Origin: a virus
Lineage: Duplodnaviria; Caudoviricetes
DNA: 54,283 bases
IMG/VR virus record: IMGVR_UViG_3300017747_002036
Coordinates: 1 to 54,283 of that record
Strand: one strand, 5' to 3'
The position numbers and the translations under genes are program-made. This document shows positions 1 through 9,418 of this stretch, one piece after another; position 1 is the stretch's first letter, and each line of letters begins with the position of its first letter. A model generated the notes under the pieces. The model was given only the letters and a program-made list of their open reading frames with translations, did no database searches and was not told where the DNA came from.

Positions 1-123
1 AAGTCTGCGAAGGATTTCAGAAGTCTGTCACAAGAAGATGTGATGAAGATAACGAAGTCATTTGTAGACCAAGTGCAGGGTAGTTACGATGGCCGCAACT
101 TACCTCTTGGTATCATGGAAGGC
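1..123. repeat. Terminal overlap, copy 1 (identical to 54161-54283); indicates a circular or complete contig
   Basis: Bases 1-123 (aagtctgcga...tatcatggaaggc) recur exactly at 54161-54283, and the reading frame is continuous across the join. Confidence 0.97.
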
Positions 124-1068
124 CCTGCTGCGCCTTTCTTCGCGCTTAGCAGGTGGTCTGTAGAAAAGGCGAATGTAATCAGGAAAGATGTTCTGGAACC
201 TCTTGCTAGAGGTAACGTGAAACCCTTCTTAATGTATTCGCTTGGTTCTATCTTGACTGGCGCTGTAGTTGAGAAGCTTGCCGAGGAAGTAAACAATAGA
301 CGTGCTGCTGACCCAACTCTGAATGAGGCGTTTAAGAACTCGCAAGCTGATACAGATGACCAAGTAGGTTGGGCTATTAAAGCCCTACAACTAGGCTCAT
401 TTGCGGGTATTATGTCTGATGTAGTAAAAGGTGGATGGGACTTAAAGGAGGGTAAAATTCCGCAAGGTTTTACTTACCCGGCGGCAGATTTTATCTCGAA
501 TACGTTAGGTCAAAACTTGAGTGATGCACTTGCTGCGATTAAAGAAGGAGAAGATGCTGGTAAAGTTATGTCCCTATTCGTAGAACAAGTTGCTAAGAAC
601 TCTTTGCAGGGTTACCGCCTAGTTAATAACAACTTCTTGAATGAGGAAGATACAGAGAGAAGTGAGAAGTTCCGCGACAAGGCTGTATTTGAGACTATGA
701 CTGGCCAGAAGCAACCTACTTCATTTGGTGCTGCACGGAGTAATCCATTCATGGACACAGACTACAAAGAATTCAAGAGAGCGGGAACGCCAGAAGAAGC
801 AATAGCTGCATTGAAGCCTGCTATTGACGCGGCGATAAGGAAGAGTGAAGGTAATCCACAGAAGTTGAAGAGGGAACTGGAGAGTTTAAAGCGTAACTCT
901 TTCCAAACTATGCCATCTCCTGAAAATATGCCACAGGAGTTTCTTAATTACGTGTTGTTCCTGAGGGAGACTCAGGGAGAGGAAGTAGCAACTGCACGGG
1001 TGCAGGAGTATTTGACGATGAATCAGTTGAACAAGATGAAGTCAAAGGCAATTCCAACTGCACGATAA
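1..1068 (+). CDS. C-terminal part of the giant polyvalent/ejection protein that starts at 48506 (not an independent gene)
   Basis: ORF 40..1068 is in frame with the ATG at 48506 across the circular join (position 40 = 54200). Confidence 0.9.
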   Translation, partial: KSAKDFRSLSQEDVMKITKSFVDQVQGSYDGRNLPLGIMEGPAAPFFALSRWSVEKANVIRKDVLEPLARGNVKPFLMYSLGSILTGAVVEKLAEEVNNRRAADPTLNEAFKNSQADTDDQVGWAIKALQLGSFAGIMSDVVKGGWDLKEGKIPQGFTYPAADFISNTLGQNLSDALAAIKEGEDAGKVMSLFVEQVAKNSLQGYRLVNNNFLNEEDTERSEKFRDKAVFETMTGQKQPTSFGAARSNPFMDTDYKEFKRAGTPEEAIAALKPAIDAAIRKSEGNPQKLKRELESLKRNSFQTMPSPENMPQEFLNYVLFLRETQGEEVATARVQEYLTMNQLNKMKSKAIPTAR

Positions 1069-1237
1069 GTCTCGGACAAAGATAGTTCCACTTATCTCTA
1101 AGTTCTGCAAGTGAATCTCCTCTTGTGTATCTGCAACATTGGCAATACCAGTAGGACTTCATTCCGTAGAAGCCTAGAACTAGGGTTGGCACTACAGTCT
1201 TGCTACAACCAATACAAGGATTAAGACCCTGACTCAA
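944..1237 (-). CDS. Possible Lar-like zinc-ribbon protein
   Basis: LNPCIGC...YCQCC...AELRDKWN resembles the Lar-family pattern (LKPCPFC..CxxC..A..WN); probable TTG start at 1237; 3' end overlaps the convergent giant gene. Confidence 0.4.
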   Translation of the reverse strand: MSQGLNPCIGCSKTVVPTLVLGFYGMKSYWYCQCCRYTRGDSLAELRDKWNYLCPRLIVQLELPLTSSCSTDSSSNTPAPVQLLLPLPESPSGTTRN

Positions 1238-2174
1238 GTCTAACCCCAACAAATATTGGTGTTCTTGGTTTGTCTTTTGTTCCATAAGGTTTGTATTTGA
1301 ATGTTACTTGTTTCTTGAGGTAGAAATCTCTTCTGTCCCAAATCTCGGCACGTTCTTCACGTGTGAATCCGCTTCCAATGTTGAACGTCTCGGTGCAACC
1401 TTCCCACTTACAAACTAGTGCGCCGAGTGAGTTAGCTGGTCGGAGGTTTTCTTTTTTGGTGCAGGATGTGTCATCGTTAATTAGCTCTTCTTCAAAGCCT
1501 ACGATGGTTGCTTCAGTGCGACGCCAAGGTGTTACTTTAAGCAGGTATTGTTCAGTAAGAGTAGACCTTCCGAATTTATACTTACCTGTTGTAGACCGTA
1601 TCATGTAGCCTTCATACTTATCTTCGTAGTTGTTTATGTAGCGTGCAGAACAGAATTCAAAATCTTCTTCAGTAATAGCCAAGAACTGCTCTACTACATA
1701 CAGTGGAATACTTTTTATATCCTTAGCTAGTAACTCTAGTTTCTCTAACCTATATTCAAAAGCAAGGTTACAAGTCGGCATATCAGGAGCATAATCGAAT
1801 ACATGGTATTCAAACGCTGGTTCTCCATCTTCCGACATTACGTCTGACTGTATACCGTGGAATGTTTTCCTTGTTCTATCTACACGTAGAGTAATTATTT
1901 CTCCGTCAAAGCCCGCAGGCAACTGTGCTTTGATTATCTGATTGCGTATCCAATGGTTAGGAATCATCTTATTGTCACGCGTCCGTGGTATGCCACCTTC
2001 ATGTATGATGCAGCGTATACCATCTATCTTCTCAGAGACGTAACAAGGAAGCCTAACATCACGTAGGTCGAACTCCTTATTATACGCTAACATAGGTTTG
2101 AACTTCTTATTCCAGAATTCGGCTGGAGTAAGAGGTTTAGTGGGAGTTAGTTGTAACTTAAGTTGAGTTGTCAT
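1221..2174 (-). CDS. lig: ATP-dependent DNA ligase
   Basis: Motif I EKIDGIR, III FDGEI, IIIa YHVFD, IV EGYMIR, V LLKV, and a C-terminal OB fold (IGSGFT...RTPIFVGVR). Confidence 0.95.
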   Translation of the reverse strand: MTTQLKLQLTPTKPLTPAEFWNKKFKPMLAYNKEFDLRDVRLPCYVSEKIDGIRCIIHEGGIPRTRDNKMIPNHWIRNQIIKAQLPAGFDGEIITLRVDRTRKTFHGIQSDVMSEDGEPAFEYHVFDYAPDMPTCNLAFEYRLEKLELLAKDIKSIPLYVVEQFLAITEEDFEFCSARYINNYEDKYEGYMIRSTTGKYKFGRSTLTEQYLLKVTPWRRTEATIVGFEEELINDDTSCTKKENLRPANSLGALVCKWEGCTETFNIGSGFTREERAEIWDRRDFYLKKQVTFKYKPYGTKDKPRTPIFVGVRLESGS

Positions 2175-2371
2175 AGAACTCTTTTACGTGAATATACCTG
2201 AAGTTTTGTATTACAATTAGGACAATGTGCGTAGTCATTCATACAGAACTCGAAAATAGACGAGTATGTTTCGTGCTTCTCACATTCAAATCTACAGCTA
2301 CAATGATAGCATTCTCCCTCAAAGTAATAAGTAATCGTCTTGTTTTTGTTTGGATTCTCTAGTATAATCAT
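2171..2371 (-). CDS. Small zinc-ribbon protein
   Basis: CYHC...CPNC; ATGA overlap with the ligase gene. Confidence 0.7.
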   Translation of the reverse strand: MIILENPNKNKTITYYFEGECYHCSCRFECEKHETYSSIFEFCMNDYAHCPNCNTKLQVYSRKRVL

Positions 2372-2374
2372 AGC

Positions 2375-3763
2375 TTATTCCTTCACTCTATAAAATACAT
2401 CCATCTGTCCATCTTTGTTCGGTAACGAAACTATCTCCACAGTTCCCGTTTCCTTAAGGTAGTCTAGGGCCTCGTCTAATTCTGTAGTTCGTAAGTCACC
2501 AACGAATGCTGCCCATATCTGGTTACGTGTAGCAGCGCGCATTTTGTGATTCCGGAGGAATTTTACTATATTCTTAATAGGGCCAGACAGAGGATTATTC
2601 CCATCAAAATCAAGAGCGTGGTGCATATTACGTTCAAGATAGAGTAGTATAGACTGAGCGTCGAGTATGTCTTGCAGAGTGAGCTCAAAGTCAAGGCTAC
2701 GAGAGAAGTGGATAGCCATAGCAAACTTAGGCAGATGAATATTCTTACGTGCATACCAAGGAATTAGTTTAATGTTTTTGTTAAGTCGAATCTCAGATAT
2801 ATCTTGCGAGAAATATTTATGTAAGTAGTCTTGCGCTTCTGGAGTTAGAGTAACACGGCCGTAAAGAGTAGATAGCTTCTTAAGGTGGTCTAGGATTGCA
2901 GCGCGGCATTGTTTCTGAGTGTCGTCTAGGTCTTTGAATTCTGGGAACTTATTTACCCTGTTGGCGAATTCGTAAACGAAAGTAATACGTGCAGATAAGC
3001 CCTCTTCAATAAGAGAACCACGGAATGATTTACGCAAGAATCCCGGCGTTGTGCCAGCGAGCAAGTTAAGGCAACACTTCCTTACGAGGTCGGAACCTCT
3101 GCCAATAGTTTCGTAAGAGTAGTTCTTGCAGTCAAACGCTGTAAGGAGATAGTCTGCTACATCTTCTGTCTTTCTCTTAAAGAGAGATGACATTTCTTCA
3201 AGAGAAAAGAATACAGAAGCATGTAAGTATTTCTTCTCTTTGCCGTCTAGTTCGCATTTATACTTGAGAGCTTTAAGGGCTTTAGCATGGTTAGATACTA
3301 ACTTCTCGAAGGTTACAGAGTCGGGCATCTGTCTAAATAGAGAACGCTCTTCGTGAATGATGTTCTTATCTTTCCCTGCTAACGCTCCTGCCATCATAGC
3401 CTCGGATAGAACTGTATCTTTAAGAGCTTGTGCTTTCTGCTGATGTTCTACCATGTCTGGAGTTAGAATCTTAACGTCATTCTTTTCTCCTTTGAAGTCT
3501 TTGTGGAACGTTAAGAACTCCGTTACTGGACCAATGACTTGGCCTTTACCTATACCGGGTTCGCCGACTAGAACGAGGAATAGGTTAGGGAATAGAGGCT
3601 TCTCTGCGGGACCTAACCAGACACGTCTCTCTAAAGCGGCTGCTATCATATAAATGAATCCCAAATCAATGTATGAGTCTGGTGATATTGCATCTTTATT
3701 ATAATAGCGCCATAGGTCAAGCTGGTGCCATGTATTGTAATGACTAGCTGATAAGGTTTCCAT
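2375..3763 (-). CDS. DUF3987/YfjI-like P-loop ATPase, probable replicative helicase component
   Basis: Walker A GEPGIGKG, Walker B-like FFSLEEM, LLTAFD..Y.Y.TIGRG and LNLLAGTTP blocks, C-terminal winged-helix-like segment. Confidence 0.75.
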   Translation of the reverse strand: METLSASHYNTWHQLDLWRYYNKDAISPDSYIDLGFIYMIAAALERRVWLGPAEKPLFPNLFLVLVGEPGIGKGQVIGPVTEFLTFHKDFKGEKNDVKILTPDMVEHQQKAQALKDTVLSEAMMAGALAGKDKNIIHEERSLFRQMPDSVTFEKLVSNHAKALKALKYKCELDGKEKKYLHASVFFSLEEMSSLFKRKTEDVADYLLTAFDCKNYSYETIGRGSDLVRKCCLNLLAGTTPGFLRKSFRGSLIEEGLSARITFVYEFANRVNKFPEFKDLDDTQKQCRAAILDHLKKLSTLYGRVTLTPEAQDYLHKYFSQDISEIRLNKNIKLIPWYARKNIHLPKFAMAIHFSRSLDFELTLQDILDAQSILLYLERNMHHALDFDGNNPLSGPIKNIVKFLRNHKMRAATRNQIWAAFVGDLRTTELDEALDYLKETGTVEIVSLPNKDGQMDVFYRVKE

Positions 3764-3766
3764 GCG

Positions 3767-4261
3767 TTAGAAAGTATTTAAGACTGCAAATTCGCCGTGT
3801 AATTTCAGCATCAATTCATTTGCGCTCTTTGCAGCTTCAACTTCAGTTTTGAATCTACCTCCGAAATAGCCTTTCTTGTCCTTCGTAATATGCACTTGCC
3901 ACAGACCGCGCGCTGCTGACCAAGAAACTCCCTTAAATTTTGAAGTCGTATTTGGTCTTATATACTTTTCAGTATTAGCTGCATTTTGCGAAACATTACA
4001 AGTTCTTAAATTACATTTTCTATTGTCTAACACATCTCGATTGATATGATCTACATAAAGGTGCTTATCAGTAATTGCAATTCCAAGCACTAATCTATGT
4101 AACCATATAACTCTTCCGTGTGTGCCTTTACGAAATATCTTGCTACTAGCACTTAGTCCTTGCTTCGCATAAGCCCATTTAGTATTATGCGAAATAATAG
4201 TTTCGTATAATTCGTCGTCTACAATTGCAACTAAGCTTGTGTTAGATAATTTAAGCTCCAT
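3767..4261 (-). CDS. HNH-AP2 homing endonuclease
   Basis: LHR...DHINRDVLDNRKCNLR followed by AP2-like SKFKGVSW...GRFKTEVEAAK. Confidence 0.92.
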   Translation of the reverse strand: MELKLSNTSLVAIVDDELYETIISHNTKWAYAKQGLSASSKIFRKGTHGRVIWLHRLVLGIAITDKHLYVDHINRDVLDNRKCNLRTCNVSQNAANTEKYIRPNTTSKFKGVSWSAARGLWQVHITKDKKGYFGGRFKTEVEAAKSANELMLKLHGEFAVLNTF

Positions 4262-5297
4262 ATGGAATAGCCCTTAAGCCGTTTGGATTTTTCTTTTCAT
4301 GCTGCGGCATCCAGTTCATGCCCCATTGTGCTTCTGATTTCATGTGAAAGATTTCTCCACGTGGAGAAGTTAATACTTGAGAGGAGATAGCTAGCTGTGC
4401 TTGCTTAGCACATTCCTTAATTTCCTCCATATTATTTGGACACTGTATCAACATAGAGTCATGTTTGTTGTTCAGTATATGCCAGTCTAACTTATGTTCT
4501 GCGATATACGCATATATCTTAGTGATAGCAACGTGTATTATAATGCCAACAGTAGCTTGTGGAACGGCAGAATACAATTCCTTTTTTTTCATCTCACGAA
4601 GAGGAACTGTTATCTGAATAGGAAATCCTTGCAGGGTATAAAGGACTCCTTCTTCCCTTGCTATCCTATCTACTTCACGTTGCCACTCTGCTAGTTCAGG
4701 AAACAGTTCATGGTATACTGCCAAGAAATAATCTGCTTGCTTCCTTGTTAGGACAATTCTTCCCTCCGACTTAATCAACACGTTCAGTTGAAGTGCGCCG
4801 CCCTTAATGTCATAGTTCGATGCATGACAGACCATCTTTGCGATTGCATAGTAGCGTTCTTTCGCTGGCCAGTTGTCAGAGTCACGGATAAGTGTGTCTA
4901 GTTCTTTCCATTGTGGGTGTTTCTTGATTAGTTCAATAGGCAGGAGTGAGATACCCTCAACATCAACATGAGGTAAACGCTTAATCCACTCGCTCTTAAA
5001 GAAGTGCAGAGCTACATACACGTGAACTTTAATTCCGTTAAGAAACAGTTTCCTGTAGTTGCCTTCTCTGCATAAGTAAGCTACGCACAACGCATCTGCT
5101 CCTGATTCGTCTGGTTGCACAAACGCATATCCATCATCTGGTATATAGAGTTTGCAGATACTCTTAGAAGGATTCTGCAAATTCGTGCCCCACCTGCTCA
5201 TTACTTCCTTGCTAGCTGCACGAAAGAATGTAGTGCCACCTAGTTTGTAATCGGTGGTAGAGCGAGGGTGAGCGAGAGATGAGAAGGAGGTTATCAT
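4251..5297 (-). CDS. polA: Family A DNA polymerase, C-terminal palm/fingers part (split gene)
   Basis: GTNLQN, motif A QPDESGAD, motif B RYYAIAKMVCHASNY, motif C NKHDSML. Confidence 0.9.
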   Translation of the reverse strand: MITSFSSLAHPRSTTDYKLGGTTFFRAASKEVMSRWGTNLQNPSKSICKLYIPDDGYAFVQPDESGADALCVAYLCREGNYRKLFLNGIKVHVYVALHFFKSEWIKRLPHVDVEGISLLPIELIKKHPQWKELDTLIRDSDNWPAKERYYAIAKMVCHASNYDIKGGALQLNVLIKSEGRIVLTRKQADYFLAVYHELFPELAEWQREVDRIAREEGVLYTLQGFPIQITVPLREMKKKELYSAVPQATVGIIIHVAITKIYAYIAEHKLDWHILNNKHDSMLIQCPNNMEEIKECAKQAQLAISSQVLTSPRGEIFHMKSEAQWGMNWMPQHEKKNPNGLRAIPYGA

Positions 5298-5298
5298 C

Positions 5299-5598
5299 TT
5301 AATCTAGTCCGTGCATCCTCAACGCTGTAATGAACTTACAAAATGGAGAAGAGCAATTCGACCTGTAGGGGTAATTAGGAGGGATTACTTCTTCCTTAAT
5401 GTATTTGATTACTGCATTACATTTAGCAGAGTAATTACGTTCATAAATTATTCTCTCAGTTAACGTAGTTAGTTCTAAGTTGTAAGCTAGTTTAGCTCTA
5501 GCGGCGGCATTCTTGTGAGAAGTTAGCTCGTCTTGTAGATGACGAATTACAGCGTGTGCCTCAGTCAGGGCTTGTTCATTTGCAGTCTCGTTACTCAT
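5299..5598 (-). CDS. Hypothetical coiled-coil protein lying between the two polA halves
   Basis: 99 aa; its start overlaps the upstream stop and its stop is 1 nt from the downstream ATG. Confidence 0.75.
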   Translation of the reverse strand: MSNETANEQALTEAHAVIRHLQDELTSHKNAAARAKLAYNLELTTLTERIIYERNYSAKCNAVIKYIKEEVIPPNYPYRSNCSSPFCKFITALRMHGLD

Positions 5599-7285
5599 CT
5601 CCTTTATCCTCCACTTTGTCTAGTTCCATAAGCTCTCTTGAGTTACCAAGCTCTGTGAACATAGGATTAAATTGTATGCTACCAGTTTCTTTTTGCAACC
5701 GGCGAAATGCTAAGACGAAATCAATTACAGGATTGTCAGGATACTGCAACTTAAGTTTATACATAGCCTCCTTAGCTAGAGACGGCTTCCTTGTTTTCAT
5801 CGACCGTGCCATAACCTTATACCCTAAGAGGTTGTGGAAATACTCACAAGATTGTTTGTTACTTGAAGCAAGAGCGAATATCTTCTTACCTGTCTTGTTC
5901 AAGTTAACAAGGTGAGCAACTGTTCCCTCTCCAAGCAATGCACGAAGTATCCTATTGTATTGCATCATCAATCTATCATTCGTATCTATCCGCTTTTTCC
6001 ACTCTTCGCCATCTAGTCTCATTCCTGTGAACTCGATGCTCAAGTATGGCTTAGATGAAGCATTGACTTGCGCTATAGATTCTGTAAGTCCACGTCTGGC
6101 CGCCGCGTAAGCTACTTGTGCTTCTTTCACAAGCCTCATAGACCATACATCTTTACCACAGTAGCGTAAGAGTGCTTCATCTTGGAAACGATTCTTGGGG
6201 CAGAACACACCCTCATCTTTGTGGAATTCTAAGTATGTCCACAAAGATACACAATGCGAGAGGGATTTCTCAGGCCAAGGGAATATCCTGTGTTGGGCTA
6301 ACATTGTATCGTAGGTAGACTGTCCGACGGCAATGTTGTATTTCCAAGCTAGCACCCACCAGTCGAAAGACTTGCCGTTGTGGGATACTATTATGTTGTC
6401 ACGAATAGCGATTCTTAAAGCCCACAATATTTTGCCAACATTTTGATAAATGAACTTATAGTTATAATCCAAGATGCCAACGACATACACCCTATTACTA
6501 TTCCCAAAGTTGAAAGCAAAACACCGCATATTGAGTGCCTCGTCTGTTTCCATGTCAAAGTAGAAGTCGTTTCCTTTACAGCTAGTGAGAGCTGTAATAA
6601 CATCCACGAGAGGAGGGTTAATGATATACTCAGGATTGATGCGATTAGTATTTGTTTCATGTTCTCCTTTAGATATACGGATTGCTTTCTTGAAATCTTG
6701 TTGCATCCAGAAGCGCCAGTTTACACGCTGCGTCCTGCCATGACGTGCTTTAGAATGTTCGTTCTCTGACAGGACTATCTTCTCGTCGTCTTCATACTTA
6801 GCATCTATGTCTCCTACTTCGTTTTCTTTAACAGTAGAATGAGAAAAGTTATTGAGACGAGACTCGTAATCAATAAAATCAAAGGTGTCCTGTGGAAGAT
6901 AGCTAGGGATATAGTAGATACCTGTATTCCTGTCAGGAAGGGCATAACCTCTTTGTTCCTGCAAAGTATACTTCTTAAATTCTGTAGGTGCATATTGTGT
7001 CATTGCTTCTTGTCCTAGGAGTAGGACAACTTTAGTTCCTTCTAGGAGTGGAGCGGTTACTGTCCTCGTCCTAACGTCACACTTAAATACGTTAGTTTCA
7101 GGCCGGAGACATTCATTATTCACGTAGTCGCCAGCTAAGCCTTGTAGTAACTTACCTTTATGCAGGACGTCAAACCTACTTGGATTAGACATAATGATTG
7201 TTATGCCATTATATCCTAATTTAGGCGGACAATGAACTGCTGGACAAGGGAGCTTGATTACTGGAAGTTGTTTGTCGTCTGACAT
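5591..7285 (-). CDS. polA: Family A DNA polymerase, N-terminal part: UDG-like domain, 3'-5' exonuclease and thumb
   Basis: UDG-like blocks (IIMSNPSRFD, KVVLLLGQEAM, EQRG, IPSYLPQ); ExoI DMETD, ExoII HNGKSFD, DTMLAQH, ExoIII YCGKDV; thumb GMRLD...SSNKQ...RRLQK. Confidence 0.88.
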   Translation of the reverse strand: MSDDKQLPVIKLPCPAVHCPPKLGYNGITIIMSNPSRFDVLHKGKLLQGLAGDYVNNECLRPETNVFKCDVRTRTVTAPLLEGTKVVLLLGQEAMTQYAPTEFKKYTLQEQRGYALPDRNTGIYYIPSYLPQDTFDFIDYESRLNNFSHSTVKENEVGDIDAKYEDDEKIVLSENEHSKARHGRTQRVNWRFWMQQDFKKAIRISKGEHETNTNRINPEYIINPPLVDVITALTSCKGNDFYFDMETDEALNMRCFAFNFGNSNRVYVVGILDYNYKFIYQNVGKILWALRIAIRDNIIVSHNGKSFDWWVLAWKYNIAVGQSTYDTMLAQHRIFPWPEKSLSHCVSLWTYLEFHKDEGVFCPKNRFQDEALLRYCGKDVWSMRLVKEAQVAYAAARRGLTESIAQVNASSKPYLSIEFTGMRLDGEEWKKRIDTNDRLMMQYNRILRALLGEGTVAHLVNLNKTGKKIFALASSNKQSCEYFHNLLGYKVMARSMKTRKPSLAKEAMYKLKLQYPDNPVIDFVLAFRRLQKETGSIQFNPMFTELGNSRELMELDKVEDKGDE

Positions 7286-7289
7286 AGCA

Positions 7290-7766
7290 TTAGTTAGGAT
7301 GCATACAAGCTATAGCCCAGGCGGGAAGAATAGTAAATGTCTCACGAATCTTCTCTTGATGAAACACATACATGCTCTTGTCTGGAGTTGGTCCTTTGTT
7401 AGGAACAGCTAGTAACGTCATATCATTCTCATAGCCACTCATGCTCCAACTACGTTTAGTCTTATACCATACTTCACTTGGGTCACGTTCAGAGTATCCG
7501 ACAAAGTTAATACCAGTAGACGTAATTTCGTAGTTGTATTGATGAGTAGAGTTCTTCGTTATATCTAATGTGTTAACTCCATGCCTATCGTGCCACTGTG
7601 TATACACAAGTTTCAAATCTGCATCATGATAGAACGTAACTCGCAAGCCAGCTTGCTTCTTCGCCTGTTCTACCATCTGCGTAAATCTGGAGAAGTTATT
7701 AACTAGTTCTTGAACTGCATACAAAAGTTTAGTTGCAGTCGGAATTGGTTTCTTTAGTTCTTTCAT
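7290..7766 (-). CDS. Hypothetical protein
   Basis: 158 aa ORF tightly packed in the operon. Confidence 0.7.
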   Translation of the reverse strand: MKELKKPIPTATKLLYAVQELVNNFSRFTQMVEQAKKQAGLRVTFYHDADLKLVYTQWHDRHGVNTLDITKNSTHQYNYEITSTGINFVGYSERDPSEVWYKTKRSWSMSGYENDMTLLAVPNKGPTPDKSMYVFHQEKIRETFTILPAWAIACMHPN

Positions 7767-7792
7767 ATTGTGATGCTATAGTAAGCTAAAGG

Positions 7793-7822
7793 TAGCCCTC
7801 CTACAACCTTGCAGAAGGGCTA
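7793..7822 (-). terminator. Hairpin after the SSB-like gene
   Basis: tagccct...agggcta inverted repeat just downstream of the 7843 stop. Confidence 0.5.
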
Positions 7823-7842
7823 TTGTTTAACGCACTAGTAGC

Positions 7843-8337
7843 TTAGTTGGTGGGCGGTGGAACTTCCCCGATGATGTCGAAGATTTGAGCGTTGGGCTTG
7901 AACCCACGACTGACTGGCTGGCCACTTGCATCAAGGATGTTCTCATACTTCCCTTCTGCATTCTTCTTCTGTAGGAATTGCTCTTCACTAGACAGGACTG
8001 CATCGAAGAACTTACCATTCATCCACTGAATGTCAGGATTCTCCAAGTCAATCTCGTCTACATTGTTACCGAGCTTATCCCACAGAGAGAACAAGTTAGC
8101 GAGGTTAGGTTGTGTGCAAGGAGCGTAGTAGATAACTTCCATCCCCTCAATCTTAGCTTGCATACCGGATGCTTGCGTAACAATTCGGGGCGCTACGATT
8201 TCAGTAACGAGCGTCACCATAGGTTTACCAGATGACTTACTCTCACCGAACTTAGCTTCCTTAACACGCAGAGTGTAGCGGTCGCGTTCGAGTGCCACGT
8301 TGTTACCTTGCAGGATTGCGTCTTCACGTTTTGCCAT
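7843..8337 (-). CDS. Putative single-stranded DNA-binding protein (DUF669-like)
   Basis: RYTLRVKEAKFGESKSSGKPMVTL N-terminus typical of DUF669-type phage SSBs; adjacent to the Sak4-like ATPase. Confidence 0.65.
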   Translation of the reverse strand: MAKREDAILQGNNVALERDRYTLRVKEAKFGESKSSGKPMVTLVTEIVAPRIVTQASGMQAKIEGMEVIYYAPCTQPNLANLFSLWDKLGNNVDEIDLENPDIQWMNGKFFDAVLSSEEQFLQKKNAEGKYENILDASGQPVSRGFKPNAQIFDIIGEVPPPTN

Positions 8338-8520
8338 ATGTTTTATATTGGTAGTAAGATACCAGCTATCTTGTGTTGTTGTTTTTGTTTACCGTATATC
8401 ACTAGCTCGTCGCTAGCAAATTCCGGTGTTAGTAGTTTGCTACTATGTCGGGACACCCGGCTCCGTCACGCTGTTGTTTTTAACGTCTGTCTGCTACCGT
8501 GAACTCATATACATTGACGT

Positions 8521-9351
8521 TTAGCTATTGCTAGCCAAAGTGTTTTGAGTCTTATACTTCTCAAAAATTCTGTAGTTCTGTTCTACGAACATAGGGATAT
8601 CCCGCAACCTACTTCCGCAGTCTGCCGTCCCGTCTGGTTTAGTTTGCCAGAAATAGTCTACTACAGGAGTCTTGCCATCTTTCTCGAAGAGTGGTTTCTT
8701 GTCAGCGTCACGCTGTTGGATAACGTGACAACGGAAGAAGTCAGAGAAGTAGAGTGCTATTTTATTCACGAACTTACCTTGCATCAGCGGCTCTATCTTA
8801 CCCGTAATGTTCTTCTCTTTATCCATCTGAGGTTGTTCGTGGAATGTAACTACTACTTGGCAGTTAAGTTCCTTAAGTGTATTCAGAATCTTCTGAGCGT
8901 AATCTACTTTCCTTGCCCAGAATGCGAACTCATCAATAGAACCTTGCTTAGTATAGACCGGTTCTAAGTCAGTTTGAATGTCGAAGGAATCTTGAAGAGT
9001 AGTCCAACTGTCAAGCACAAGAGTCTGCTCGGCAGAGAATTTAGATGCTTCCTCGCTAAGCCAAACTTGGAGTAAGTCGCGGCGATTTATGACGTTGGCG
9101 TTGATGCCAGTGTTAGCTTTTACTTTCCACTTAGCTTGGTTAGCTAGGCACCATTCTTTCTTATAGAAGGGAACGACTATAATGTCACGACCTAAGTGCC
9201 CAGTTAAGTTGCCATCGAAGTCAGCTACAATAGGATTAGGAAACGTAAGAGCAGAAGTAGTCTTGCCAGTTTTAGTCTTGCCTTGCAATCCTACCATTAG
9301 TTTCTCAGCAGGTGCAGTTTGCAAGTTGATTGCGTAGGGTGGTTTATACAT
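8521..9351 (-). CDS. AAA_24/Sak4-like recombination ATPase
   Basis: Walker A GKTKTGKTT, LVLDSWT, VVVTFHE. Confidence 0.85.
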   Translation of the reverse strand: MYKPPYAINLQTAPAEKLMVGLQGKTKTGKTTSALTFPNPIVADFDGNLTGHLGRDIIVVPFYKKEWCLANQAKWKVKANTGINANVINRRDLLQVWLSEEASKFSAEQTLVLDSWTTLQDSFDIQTDLEPVYTKQGSIDEFAFWARKVDYAQKILNTLKELNCQVVVTFHEQPQMDKEKNITGKIEPLMQGKFVNKIALYFSDFFRCHVIQQRDADKKPLFEKDGKTPVVDYFWQTKPDGTADCGSRLRDIPMFVEQNYRIFEKYKTQNTLASNS

Positions 9352-9402
9352 AGTGTAGTGGAATATGATGCTTGTTGTATCAGGAAAGGTTATTGGACAA
9401 GA

Positions 9403-9417
9403 GCTAGAACTATGCCA
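9403..9417 (-). promoter_or_regulatory. sigma54-type -24/-12 promoter TGGCATAGTTCTAGC
   Basis: GG-N10-GC, intergenic, about 50 nt upstream of the ATG at 9351. Confidence 0.85.
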
Positions 9418-9418
9418 A

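Noticed and set aside
1-123. 123-bp terminal repeat as a biological direct terminal repeat
   Set aside because: It falls in the middle of a coding sequence and looks like an assembler overlap; real termini more likely lie near 27.7-28.4 kb
1187-1203. TGGCACTACAGTCTTGC as a sigma54 promoter
   Set aside because: GG-to-GC spacing is 12 nt, not the required 10, and it points against the local genes
5299-5598. Intron or intein interrupting polA
   Set aside because: No intein C/S...HN ends, no endonuclease motif and no recognisable group I/II core; the junctions look like ordinary coupled genes
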